A DNA stretch of 64,000 bases from Phallusia mammillata (lineage: Eukaryota): the NCBI GenBank assembly GCA_965637545.1, contig OZ281500.1:8866001-8930000 (forward strand). The letters are read 5' to 3'. The position numbers were made by a program, and so were the translations under genes. The notes under the pieces were generated by a model that did not search any database, was not told the DNA's origin, and saw only the letters and a list, made by a program, of their open reading frames with translations. Below, piece after piece: positions 53,301 through 64,000 of this stretch (positions are counted from its first letter, which is position 1; each line of letters opens with the position of its first letter).

Positions 53301-56300
53301 GCAAATTAAAATACAAGTGAGTTTCGTGACAAGGACCTGCAAGATTTGTGGCCTTCATGCTAAACGGTTGCGGTCCCAAATGCCTCACTTAGTTCACAAA
53401 CCTTCTAAAATTTAGTAATAAAGAATTAACAAATGTGTGAACTTATTAAATTTAAACCGCTTGTGCAACATGTCACTTTGTTGTAATATTTGCTATGGTT
53501 AACTCTACAACTTCAGACAGTGTTTCGCGTTTTCTATAGAACTCGAATTAACAACTTTGCATGTGTGTATATCTGCCTGCAAAAACAACAACGCAGCAAC
53601 GTAAATAAATGTCCCGACGTTTATCTCAGTGTAGTAGATGTATGTGTTGGTGAAAGTCAGCCCGAAAACATCGTTTTTTGTCATGACTGTAAAAACATGT
53701 TTTTTTTTTTGCTTTTTTTAAAAGCTGTGCTAATCGTTTTATTTTTATCTATAGGCAAGTGTTATCGAGGAAATGCGTAAACAGCAGGAGAGTGAAATGG
53801 CAAGAAGAGATTCGTACATTGGCGAGGCGGGAGACAAACAAACCTTCTTTCAACCACTCGACACAACCTTCAAAAAACCAACCAAACCGAAAATTGAGGT
53901 TGGTGACAACACAACGTATTACCCTACTAAAAAACCTAATCCACCAGCCTTTCACCCAACAAACTGGTGTTTTTCAGTCAAATAAAATGTTTCCTCTTTA
54001 CCATGTTGATCACATACACATTAATAATGTGGACCTTTCGTTTTAACACTTTTGATATACCTGCCTTACACTTGTCATAGCACCACTGCAGTCAACACCA
54101 ACTTGGAGGAACCGGTTTATTTATATCAGTTTAACTCAGACATCATAAAATCGTTTTCCTCCAGGCCCGAAACTACGGGGTCTACGAATCCGAAACCGAA
54201 GACGATGGCGACGACGATGACGAAGAAATATCCGACTACGAATCTGAGTCGGAATCGGAATATGAACCGACACCTAAACCAAAACGAACGAAAAAAAGAA
54301 CCGGGTGCTTTTGTTCCAAGCTACATTGCTCGACTAAACATTGTCCTTGCCGCAAAGCTGGAATAATTTGTTCCGACGCCTGTGGCTGCGACAAAGATAG
54401 CTGCTGTAATTCTGAATCGAAAGATAAAACCTGGGTATGTACTGCACTAATCATGCAACACAACACGTTATTTGCTTATACAGTAAATCACGGTTAATCT
54501 GGATCCGTTTGGACCCCCAAAAATTTCCAAAATAGGAGAAGATCCGGATTAACTGAATCCGGTTTAACTGTATTAGTTAAATAAAAAAATCGTTTCGAGT
54601 GTTTTTGACTTCATGTCTAAAAATATTTAAAGAATACTGCTAGCTCAGTAGATCTCACTCAAGCAGCGCCACATCACACTAACACTCGAATAGCGCCTGG
54701 ACTTAAACTAGTGATGGGACGATAACAGATTTTGAAGCGAGTACCGAGTACGAGTACCACATGTATATACCTTCGATACCGAGTACTTAAGTGTAGTGTT
54801 GTACTTAGTTGTATATCACTGGCTAATTTATCTGCCATGGCCGGGGTACAGGTGTGCACACGCACATGCCGAAAAATGTAATCACCACGTGATAGCGAAA
54901 AAAATGTACGTAACCTGGCGGAACTTTTTTTTCTAATTTTGTGCTGTCCGAAGCAAATATTGAAGTTGCCCGTATTCTTATGGTGTAAATCGGCCTTCGG
55001 TACTCGCACGTTGGTATCGAAAACTGAGACAAAATATTTCGATACGTAGTACGAGTATCGATACCACTGAAATCGTTCGATACCATCGATACCGGGTACC
55101 GGGTACCGGGTACTCGTCCCATCACTAACTTAAACATTGAATTTGCTTTAAACAACGTTGAAATTCTAAGGTTGGTCTATCACTGCGTTCTGTTCTGCAG
55201 CGTGTATGCATGTTAGGTACAGACAATACAGCATGCTTCCAAGAGACTTTGTTTTGAATAAATTCAGTCTTCTCAACATTTTAAACATTAAAAAGCTAAT
55301 TCAGATCAAAATGTTTGCTGTCAGCTTTGGGTAACGTTTGCACGAATCGTATGTTTTAAAACACTATTCCCTAAATAAAAGGGGAAGTTTATTTTTGGGA
55401 GGGGGGCAACGCTTTTGCATTTTGCTAACATTTATTTTATCTGTAGGACAGCAACGAAACTACAAGCAGTACAGGAGAGAAAACACTGGAAGACGCCGAA
55501 ACATCAGAGAACATGGCTGCTCCATACTACGCAAGAAAAACTGGCCTTTTCGAATCAGGTACTTGGATATGGCTTTTGTGATATATAATGAAAAATAAAA
55601 GTAAACCGTTTTACTGAAGATTAAGTTTGTGTGTGTTCTTGTTGCAAGTCGTTTGTGTATATGCTTCACGCGTAATTTTGTTTTGAACAAGATAAACGAC
55701 TTAGGATACACGCAAAGCCTTAGCCTTAATATGGGGCCAACTGAGTCTTTATCCTTCCAATGATTTTCTTTTCGTAATTTACTTTATGTACGCCTCTCTC
55801 CGCAACAGTGACCTCCAATCACATCGACCCCCAATATTATTCGTTTGCTTATGTAACTTGCTTTCAACATTTTTTTTATAACTTGGGGAACATATGGTAA
55901 CTTTTTACAACTTATAGTCGAAAACCACTGCTCTTCTCGGAGCAATATTTTTGTAAGGCCTTTTTTTAACTTAGCACGTTGCCGGTGTACAAGATTGCAT
56001 GTTAACTGCTGAAAAAAAGTTAAAACCGTTTTGTACTGTCACAAAAAAAAACATATACCGAACGAGAAATATTTTTACAGCAGAGAACAGTCCTGCTTTA
56101 TCGCCAAGCAAAGCTCCAAACGGAAAGAACAGCGCGGAAGTAAAAAAATACAAACCAGTGTACTTCGACTCGCCCTTACAGGAACGTCAGCAGAACATCA
56201 GCGATATGTCCACGGACGAAGATGTAAAGTCTGGCTCAAAACCACGACCTTCTGTTGCGCCTACAAAACAAAGAAAGAGGCGACTCCTGGAACCTGTGGA

Positions 56301-56313
56301 CTTTTTGGGATAG
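41391..56313 (+). CDS. KIF4: Chromokinesin KIF4 (kinesin-4), multi-exon
   Basis: [90 protein letters not shown]; long coiled coil (QEIVKL-like region, [12 protein letters not shown]); C-terminal CXC cluster [28 protein letters not shown]. Confidence 0.96.
41653..41807. repeat. Palindrome with 65-bp arms (1 mismatch) around a hammerhead-ribozyme-like core; probable Penelope-like element relic
   Basis: Arms 41653-41717 and 41743-41807; 25-nt spacer A-CTGATGA-T-GGCA..TGCC, followed by GAAAC at the start of the right arm. Confidence 0.85.
43549..44796 (-). mobile_element. Second Helentron/DINE-1-like copy, in KIF4 intron, with nested insertions
   Basis: Both ends are the reverse complement of the 23599-24862 element (AATTATGGGTCCCCTTCCCTGAAGGGGA ... 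GCTGAGCCACCCTTCTAGT). Subterminal inverted repeat CACAT(A/T)TTG / CAATATGTG. Confidence 0.72.
43961..44453. mobile_element. hAT MITE nested in the Helentron-like element
   Basis: TIR CATAGGCG..CGCCTATG; perfect 8-bp TSD AGTGTCAG (43953-43960 / 44454-44461). Confidence 0.92.
45540..45745. repeat. Degenerate dispersed repeat (copy 2 of 3)
   Basis: GCTTGATTCGGGCC at 45595; TCGGG motifs as at 15675-15870. Confidence 0.5.
46119..46718. mobile_element. hAT MITE (CAGTGGTTCTCAAA TIR)
   Basis: TIR CAGTGGTTCTCAAA / TTTGAGAACCACTG; perfect TSD CCATATTG. Confidence 0.93.
47985..48200. repeat. Degenerate dispersed repeat (copy 3 of 3)
   Basis: GCTTGATTCGGA at 48041; similar layout to the other two copies. 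Confidence 0.4.
49029..49240 (+). mobile_element. tRNA-derived SINE (degenerate)
   Basis: Pol III A box TAGCTCAGTTGG (49032-49043) and B box GGTTCGAACC (49077-49086), no intact cloverleaf, AT-rich tail. Confidence 0.65.
49740..49904. mobile_element. Short hAT MITE
   Basis: Ends CAGTGTTTTTTTT / AAAAAAAAACCTG; perfect TSD GGCATGAC. Confidence 0.88.
50502..50968 (+). mobile_element. hAT MITE (TAGTGATGGGAC TIR), copy 1
   Basis: 12-bp TIR; perfect TSD CTCCAAAT; internal ACTCGGTA repeats. Confidence 0.94.
52873..53052. mobile_element. Tc1/mariner(pogo/Tigger)-type MITE
   Basis: TIR CAGTAAACCTC / GAGGTTTACTG; related to 54481-54570; TA flanks not preserved. Confidence 0.65.
54481..54570. mobile_element. 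Short Tc1/mariner-type MITE
   Basis: CAGTAAA...TAACTG flanked by TA on both sides; shares internal GTTAATC..GA.CCGTTTGG and GATCCG.ATTAAC.GAATCCGG with 52873-53052. Confidence 0.7.
54709..55127 (-). mobile_element. hAT MITE (TAGTGATGGGAC TIR), copy 2, inverted relative to copy 1
   Basis: 12-bp TIR; perfect TSD ACTTAAAC; internal sequence is the reverse complement of 50502-50968. Confidence 0.94.
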
Positions 56314-56594
56314 AATTTATGGAGTATTACAGAACATCGCTGGATTCTCGTTCCTCTAACAATTTCGCTTATTTTTGCTAAACTTACTTGTGTGGCATTC
56401 TCCCATTTCCTTCAATTTGGCAAAACTAACTGATCTAATGTTCGTTGCCATTAGCAACGTTAACTTAATGTAACGGTTTATGTCGCTTGTAATTTGTAGA
56501 GTGGCAATAAATTTGTAATGTTGGCAAAAAAAACACTTTTGCCGGTCGACCCAAGGTTCCAAACGAGTTTTGTATTGGATATGTTTGTGCCATA

Positions 56595-56853
56595 CATGGG
56601 CGCCGCCACGTAGGGGCAAGAGGGGGCACTTGCCCCCCCTTGGAATTTCAGTGTACCTCAATTTAACATATTTAGCAGCAAACCTAATTAACTTGGCAGC
56701 GTGGGGATTTGTGACATCGTTCAATGCTTTAACTTTTAGTCAACTCAATTGTGAAGTACACGATTTATGGCTTCATATGTAACAAATTCTTGATGCGGTA
56801 AAGTATCAGCCAAAATTTGCCCCCTCTTGCAAAATTTTCTGCGGGCGCCCATG
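56595..56853. mobile_element. hAT MITE (CATGGGCGCC TIR)
   Basis: TIR CATGGGCGCC / GGCGCCCATG; perfect TSD GTGCCATA. Confidence 0.93.
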
Positions 56854-57537
56854 GTGCCATACTGGACTTTGTGGATCAAGGGGACCGGTAAATTATGCCA
56901 GGAGGTTCTGTACATAAAACAGAGGGGACATCATTTTTATAATTGCAAACACTCGTACATGAAGTTTGAAAAAATTTGAACAGTCTTCAAATGCCATTGT
57001 TGCTATGCAACTAAAGTAATTTTTGCCACATCTATTTTAACTGAGAGATATTAAACTCAGCTCTTTTGAAGAGAAATAGGTTAGGGTTTGTAGTTTCAAA
57101 ACATTATGTCAAAGTAGCTACAGTATTTTTTTCCACCACCGATCCAATCTTTCACAAATAACGAAAGCATCTTAGTCCAGCCTCCAATAATTACAAAATC
57201 ATTTCTGGTGTCAAACAACAAATATAGCGAAGGTGAGTATGAGTTTGACATTACTAGACAGCACATAACACTAGCTGTCAATTAAATTGCGTTCACTTAG
57301 TGATTGGTTAAAGAACACGCCCCTCGCGACACTATTCTCATGAGAACTGTATGGATCGATCATTACTATCATTTGATTGCGGTAATCTGCTTTTTGCCTG
57401 CGTCTCATTAGCAACCAATGCAATGCCACTTAATTAGCTTTTCACCTCAGTGCGGCCAAAAGTCAAATGGGTTGTTTCACTGTCTTGATAAAGGAGTTGA
57501 AGGATTGTGATTTTATTCTCTGAAATTTTACTCTACA

Positions 57538-59216
57538 ATGGTGTATCTATCTCGAGTGTCCAGCAGCCAGTTACTAGGTTTTATTTTGCTTTTGTTTGCT
57601 TGGGCAGCATGTATATCGTCAATAGCGATTTCCGATTGGTGTCGAAGTGTTGTTCGACTTCAAGAGGTTAGCGTGTCGTATCATAAGTTGAATACCTATG
57701 CCAATCCGACTTTAACGAATGACAACGGAACAACTTCTCACTACGGTAAGTAATTTTTTAATCTATGCGTACTTTTTTAGATGATTGTGGACAATATAAA
57801 TTAACAGACATTTTTCAGGGATTATGTTGCCACTTTTATTTTAAATCTGTTTTATAAAGTTTTTGCAAAGATTCTTGTCATTTATTTTGCAATCAAGTAA
57901 AGCTTAGTGGTAAATGATAAAGCCTGTCAAGTTATTAATCAAAACTTCAGTAAATTAACCATTTAATCCATGTATTTACATTCTCCAGTTTGAATTTACT
58001 CAATTTTCTTAGTTGTGTACTTATGTGTGTAAATTATGTGTGTTAACAGGAATCATTTCTGAGAAAAATACTTCCCATCACGCAGCAAATCAAACCAAAT
58101 TGACTCGTCTAATCAAGCGTTGGCACACACTTGGCCACAAAGGGTTATGGAAAGAATGTATCAACCTGCCTGTAATAAGCGTTGATCGTTTCGAAACAAT
58201 GCCAGTTCGCTATAATACGAAGAACATATCTGTAACCTATGGAATAACGACTCCACAAAACACGGGAGAAAGCGAAGCCACTACTGTTGGTGGGTTAGAG
58301 GAAAGCGGCAGAAACGTTACGAAACCGCCGAAGAAGACTGTTGTGATCACGCCTGATCAGTTCTACGACAGCAGAGAGAAAATTGCCACGACCAGCAACT
58401 GGAAACATATTCAAGATTGTACAAAAATTGTGATGGAAAAAACTTCTTGTCTGCTTCTGGTAAATTGGTTATGTTATTTGTAAGTTTTATTCATTTAAAT
58501 GCCACCCTTAATTGTAATGGTTTGATAAAAATATCAAATTAAATACCTTTCGCATGTCTTAGTTTTAAAGTTATGAAACACAGCAAACTATAAAAACGTA
58601 CTGCTGAAAGCATACAATCGGTAACTTTCTGTTAAATGTAGAGCATTCGCACAATGTTGATGCTGGGACTTCTGTCCGGAGGGTTGTGTGTCGTGGTCAC
58701 ATTGATGTCAATTATAGCCGACAAGCGAATTCGAGAACGTTCCATATCCCATCCAATGCGCCATCACTTTCACAGTCGGAATGTTCTTTCTGTATTGGCA
58801 AGTGCGATGTCAATGATTAGTGGGATACTGGTGCTGGTCAGGTTGGTCCTTTTTGTTAATATTGGTAGAAATATGCACACCAAGGTTACAACCAAATATG
58901 AGTAGGTTAGCATTTACAAAATATATATTACATTTTATCTGTCCCAAACAGTGAATAAACATAGTCTTGGTGTATTGTACTCAATTCGTCGATTTTTTGC
59001 AGTTGTTGGTGGTTTACACTGGACACAAACCTTTTATTTCTGATGCCATCCTACCAAGAATTCCACTCCAAAAATGGTGCTTTTTTCATTGCTGGGACCG
59101 GCATTTACGCCTGCATTACATCGGGTGTGACTTTTGTGATTGTCGCAGCCCTGCTCGGTTCCACAAATATTGTGCAACGACCCATTGACTTACTGGAGAT
59201 GAAAGAGTTTGAGTAA
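57538..59216 (+). CDS. Claudin/PMP22/EMP-superfamily four-TM protein with long first extracellular loop (4 exons)
   Basis: TM1 LLGFILLLFAWAACISSIAI, then W...GHKGLWKEC...C; TM2 MLMLGLLSGGLCVVVTLMSII; TM3 VLSVLASAMSMISGILVLV; TM4 GTGIYACITSGVTFVIVAALLG. The last exon is read in a frame not listed in the ORF track; stop at 59214-59216. Confidence 0.75.
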
Positions 59217-60148
59217 AACAATACGTTGCATTCAAATTAGTGACCATAGCAGGCTTCTTGTAACTTTAATGGCTACATCAATTTACACAATTATTTGTTT
59301 TCTATCAGATCTGCCCTTACGAACAAACTGATCATCATAACCCGCTTTTGTACCCCAAACTATTTCCAGTGATCAACAAAAAACTGTAATGTGTTGTTGT
59401 TGTCGTGGTAGACTGTATAGACCAGCATTGTGTTGGGTACACGTTTTGTAGCTCTGAACGTGAAGGTGTACGTCTCGTAATACTTGGTCACACTATCAGT
59501 CTTTAATATGCGTATGCCTTTACTGGCTTAATAGTTGGTTAAAAATAACAGCAATGATCAGTTACCCTAAACCATTTCTGACATGCATACCGTGAGCTGA
59601 TACTTTATTCATAACATGCTGTTACCAGCAATAAAGGTCTAGTTATGTGCGAGGATATGGTGGTTCTTCAGCTAGATTAAGTGGCAACGACAAACCGAAC
59701 ACTTAAAAGGAAATAGCGAGAGCAGAAAACTGTTTGCAACTAATAATGGAGGCAAATACGACAATTAAGAGAAATAGTGACCATGCAATAACAGTAACCA
59801 TACAACGAAACTTGACATCTGCTCAACGGACGGGAACCGCAGAAACAACATCGTACCGATTGTCAAAGATTTTGTCAAAGAATCCCAGTACGTTAGTTAA
59901 TTGTTGTATAAAAATGTCCAAAAGCAAGAAGCAGCTTGTTCGATAAACTGCAGGTTATAGAGAAGTTGCAAATGCCGGACGGGCGCGCAATGATAAAAAC
60001 AAAACAAAGCCGCGTACAACGACTCTACAACATATGATTTGTCTCAAACAGCAACAAGCGAATCCACTGGGACGCTGTCGTCGATATTATTCACCCACGT
60101 GACTCCTCCATTCACGCGTGACGTCACAGTTAAGCCTTTCACCTTCGT

Positions 60149-63100
60149 TCAGTATACTTCGTCGTCATCGGCCCATATATCGGCGGGGGGCGTATTTTGG
60201 GCGGGGTTCGGGCTGGAGTTCGCGAGGGGCGTTAATTTCGGTGATGGTGTGTGAGTTGTGTTCAGTTTGCTGGAACTGCCGCTGCTTTGCATGTACTTCA
60301 TGCTGGTCGAAGTCTGGCTCGGCCGCGGAAGGCTGCGTCGTGCCGGCTGTTGTGACGTCATCGGTGATTTGGAACGTGGCGCTGGAATTGAACGTCCTGC
60401 GAAACACGTGAAAGACTGTCCAGCAATGGTGTCGTAGAAGGGTTTGGATTTAACATGAGAGAATGCAAATATTGTTTTGGTCGAAACCCGAATAATAGTA
60501 TGTCCTAGTTTCCAAATCTAAAAGCTGCGTATGTCCCAAATCAATTTCATAAATCAAACAAATAATAAAACGCTTGTTTAAAACAGTTGAATTAGTATGT
60601 TTCTATATGGCCTTAAAGGCTATAGCAATGTAAAAGATTGACATATATTCCACCAACCAAAACCTGATAACTATAACACTATGCCAAACAGTAAAACCTG
60701 ACAGTTATTTTCTCCAATTATAGTCCTATTGACCAAACCATTTCTACGGTTGAAAGATCATCCAATCACAAAATGTACAACTGCGGATTTTCTTTGACAT
60801 GCATGCTGAATACCAATTCGAACAAATTAATAGAAGTGGGTCAATAACAAAAGATGGGTTATAGCAGTGGTTCTTAATCTTTTTGTAGTCACGGACCTCT
60901 TTGAATTTTGTAAGTCTGCGGACCCCCAATGCAATTTACCATAAGTCTTTTTATGTTTCACGCTTCTTCCATTATACCCTGCCATGCTTTTGAAGCATTT
61001 AAATCCGCCCTTACAGTCCTTTAAAATCAAAGACGTTTCTGTATAATAGTGGCCAACGCTTCGAATTCATAATATTTCTGGTAAATATAACTTCACAAAT
61101 CACTTGTCCTACTAAGTTTATTGTCCATGTGTGTTATGATGTCACAATAGGGAAGACAATCACAAAAAGTAATTGTTCTTGGCATTATTAAGGTGTAATA
61201 AACAGAGTACACTCGTATGCAGGATTGTAAAAACGGTTGAGAAACTTAAAAATATTCTTCTGTTGGTTAATGATACTTAACATATTTCCCTCCGTGGACC
61301 CCCTGGAACTATCTCACCCCAGGTTAAGAACCACTGGGTTATAGGAATAAAAACAATGGTTAAAGCAATACCTCTTAGTGAACTGGGCAAGTTGCTCTTG
61401 GTGGCAAGTTTTGATAATCTTGATGGTGGAGCACTTAACGCTGATTTGATAAGAGGTTGGTTGGCTGAAGAGTAGAAACACATTACCAACACACACAAAT
61501 AAATGTTGGATGTTCGTGAAATCAACTGATTAAATCCTATATGATCTGTTGCCATGTTACTTAATTTCCTTAGTCCTGTAGTTTCCACTTAAAAAGGCAC
61601 ACAAGTATAGAAATTCAAGTGTCATAGGACATACTTTAAGTTCATCTTTTGGGTTCATAAAAACGCATCTAGTGTCAAATATGATACTCAGAGATGAGTG
61701 CAACGTCCATAACATCTAAACCCAAGGGTTCGTGAGCTGTCCCACTTCAAACAAGAAACTTACGACTAGGAGTTGTGTGATCGTTAGACAAAGCGGCAGT
61801 TCTACTATTGTTGGGTGAAAAGTCGCCTGGGAGGGAGTTTGTGACAAGGTTTGAATTTGTTCGTGTGGATGTCGGGGTTTGCGTTCTTGTAGGATTAGGT
61901 AAGCTCCTTCGCACATTATTTCTCACTGTAAAAAATTATTTGGTTTCTGAAATTTTGTTAAAACTAGTCTAGCAGGTAAAAGGCAAAGTAGGTTTCTTGC
62001 ATTTTCATCATTTTGGTATTCTAATCCCAGCAACTTTAATACAGCTGCTCTCTTATGACAATTTAATACAAATCCTGCACAGGAAAAATGTTAATTTGTC
62101 TCACATACTACCTTACATCTGGTAACTTTAACAAGACTTTTCGACTGAATTTACTTTAACAATCACTGTCACTAGTTTGTACAAGGCGATGCTCTTGTTT
62201 CTGTGGTAAATATTGACAACACAAACATTAACGAACCATCAAAATGTTTTACACATCTCCAAATCACTTTTAGGTTTCTGAATGAGTTCAATACTGACCT
62301 GCAGGCTTCTGGGCAGGACTTCGAGCACGAGGTGAAGATCCTCTTCTCTCCACATGCACATTATGTGACCTTTCCATGCGCGTTGGAGTACGTGGCCCTA
62401 TTTAGAAAGATGATATTTGATAAGGTGTAGCAAAGTGGTTCTTAACCTTTTCAAGATTGCAGACCACCTAACAATTTTTCATGTCCCTTTGTCCCACCTA
62501 AATCTTTTTGTAATGGGTAGACCATCAGATAGGCCCATTTTTTGATTAGCTAAAGTAGTTATTTCCACAAGTTTAGTTTCAAAACCAAAGCTATTTATGT
62601 ACTACATGATACTGTTTAAAAACCTTGTTAGTTGGAAAGTTATGCCAATCTCTTACAAAAAGTTCTTTCATAACCCCTTCCTGAATTGATACAAACTTAA
62701 TACAGCAATAGTAATTTCATAAATAGCTTTTAGCCCAAGTAAAAGAGACTTATTTAACCAACCCAATATTAATAGCGATTCTTAATGCAACCTCAATTCA
62801 TTGCATTGGAGTGCCACTGGCAAAAGTCTCCACATACCACAGGTTGCCACCACTGTTGTAGCATGATAACATATATACAGTAGCAGTAATATCAGTAGCA
62901 AAACCAAAACATTGTTTTTGTGCACATAATTTTTTTTCTGTGCATATGCACTATTTAGACTCACTTCTTAATGTGTTTTGTTCTTCATCCACACAGGCGG
63001 AAGGGTAGAGGCCATGTGCTGTAGTCATGGTCTGACTTGGAACAGGAAGGTGGTGTGTATGGTGTGGAGACCCTGTGCATGTAATTCCAGTTTATAATGA

Positions 63101-63821
63101 TTTAAAAAGACATTGTAGTAATGTGTAAGAGCCAAGGTTCCTGGCCCAGTCAGTTAAACTAAACTTATTGTTTTTGCAACGAGAAATATTATTAAATTTT
63201 GAAAAGGCAGTATTTGCTATGGCATTTTACATTGTAAATTTTGTTGGTGTGGACGCATTTTTGTAGCATAATTGTTTTAGTTGTAAAAGTTGTAATTGAG
63301 CACTTCATATATCCAACAGGGTGTTCCCGGATCAAACCCAGCAATTGATGCACTCCCATTCCAATTTGCTTTATCTTGATACGAAACCCATTTTTGATGC
63401 AACATAATATCATAGTGTAGTTACCAGAAGATGAGGAATTCCATTCTGTTTCATCTTCTACTGAGCCATGTTTTGGTCTGTGCGAAACCGGTGAGGCATC
63501 TGGCAATAGTAGAGATATTGAATTCACCACACATTCAAACACAGTCCGTGTTTACTCAACAAAGTATGTGGTATGAAAGCCAGCAACAAAAGAATTGGAA
63601 CTGAATAGATGAAATGCTATTGTGTGAGAAGTTGTAGATACTTTAGCTGGGGTGGAAATAGTTATATTGTTATCTGATAATGTGAATGAATATTACTCCA
63701 GTAGGTTGTAGAAAAACGTTGCTTGTGATTTTCGGTGCTTTGCGGTGCTTTGTTTTTTTAAAAAAAGAACACTTACCAAAGCTGTTTTCACGGGGGTATG
63801 ATGGGCTTCCTTTTCTTAATT
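60149..63821 (-). CDS. SLAIN-like microtubule plus-end protein, 3' exons (63777-63821, 63425-63499, 62965-63072, 62299-62397, 61764-61925, 61372-61464, 60149-60396); 5' part outside window
   Basis: Seven exons join in phase 1 without stops. S/P-rich, with VRRSLPNP and RSIPAPRSK..QPARRSLPRP (cf. vertebrate SLAIN IPVPRSKLAQPVRRSLP, from memory) and an acidic C-terminus W..DDDEVY* ending in Tyr. Confidence 0.62.
60865..61336. mobile_element. hAT MITE (CAGTGGTTCTTAA TIR)
   Basis: TIR CAGTGGTTCTTAA / TTAAGAACCACTG; perfect TSD GGTTATAG. Confidence 0.93.
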
Positions 63822-64000
63822 CTAAAAGTCAAGGTTAAGAATATATATAAAAAAGTAGTAGGCTAAACAAATGTGTAAGTAAAATACAGTGGTAATTTCT
63901 TGATCCGTTTTTAATCACAAGCATACACCACATATGACAAGGCATACTGGTGATCAATAATAAAAATAATAAATACACACCATCTTGTTGAAGACGTGCA

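Noticed and set aside
50465-55155. Near-identical ORFs at 50465-51002 and 54674-55155
   Set aside because: Read through the two non-autonomous MITE copies; no transposase motifs.
60735-60810. Exon-like segment with an in-frame TGA (possible selenocysteine)
   Set aside because: Stops occur in all frames, the flanking SLAIN-like exons join without it, and no SECIS was seen.
27307-63821. INF2, KIF4 and SLAIN-like as a functional cytoskeletal gene cluster
   Set aside because: Adjacency of three genes with no shared regulatory evidence is compatible with chance; needs synteny data.

Overview
AT-rich, intron-dense metazoan genomic DNA. Many 60-120 nt GT-AG introns suggest a tunicate/ascidian; the taxon is my inference. 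Gene order from manual exon assembly: PLRG1 3' end (+); an orphan 467-codon ORF (-); SMARCAL1 (+); three paralogous secreted proteins with divergent trefoil-like Cys modules and 3 thrombospondin type-1 repeats (-,+,+); RPL9 (-), hosting two SNORD29/snR71-like C/D snoRNAs; an INF2-type formin (-); KIF4 chromokinesin (+); a claudin/PMP22-superfamily tetraspan gene (+); the 3' part of a SLAIN-like gene (-). Introns carry many hAT MITEs with perfect 8-bp TSDs, two Helentron/DINE-1-like elements, Tc1/pogo-type MITEs, a tRNA-derived SINE and a 65-bp-arm palindrome centred on a hammerhead-ribozyme core. The top candidate for an undescribed system is the formin's 3' end. One phase-1 donor faces four frame-compatible terminal paths, ending respectively in a CaaX-like box, a FFAT-like motif, a polybasic CaaX box and an SxIP/basic tail. 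All exon models come from splice signals and translation by eye and were not checked against transcripts or databases.
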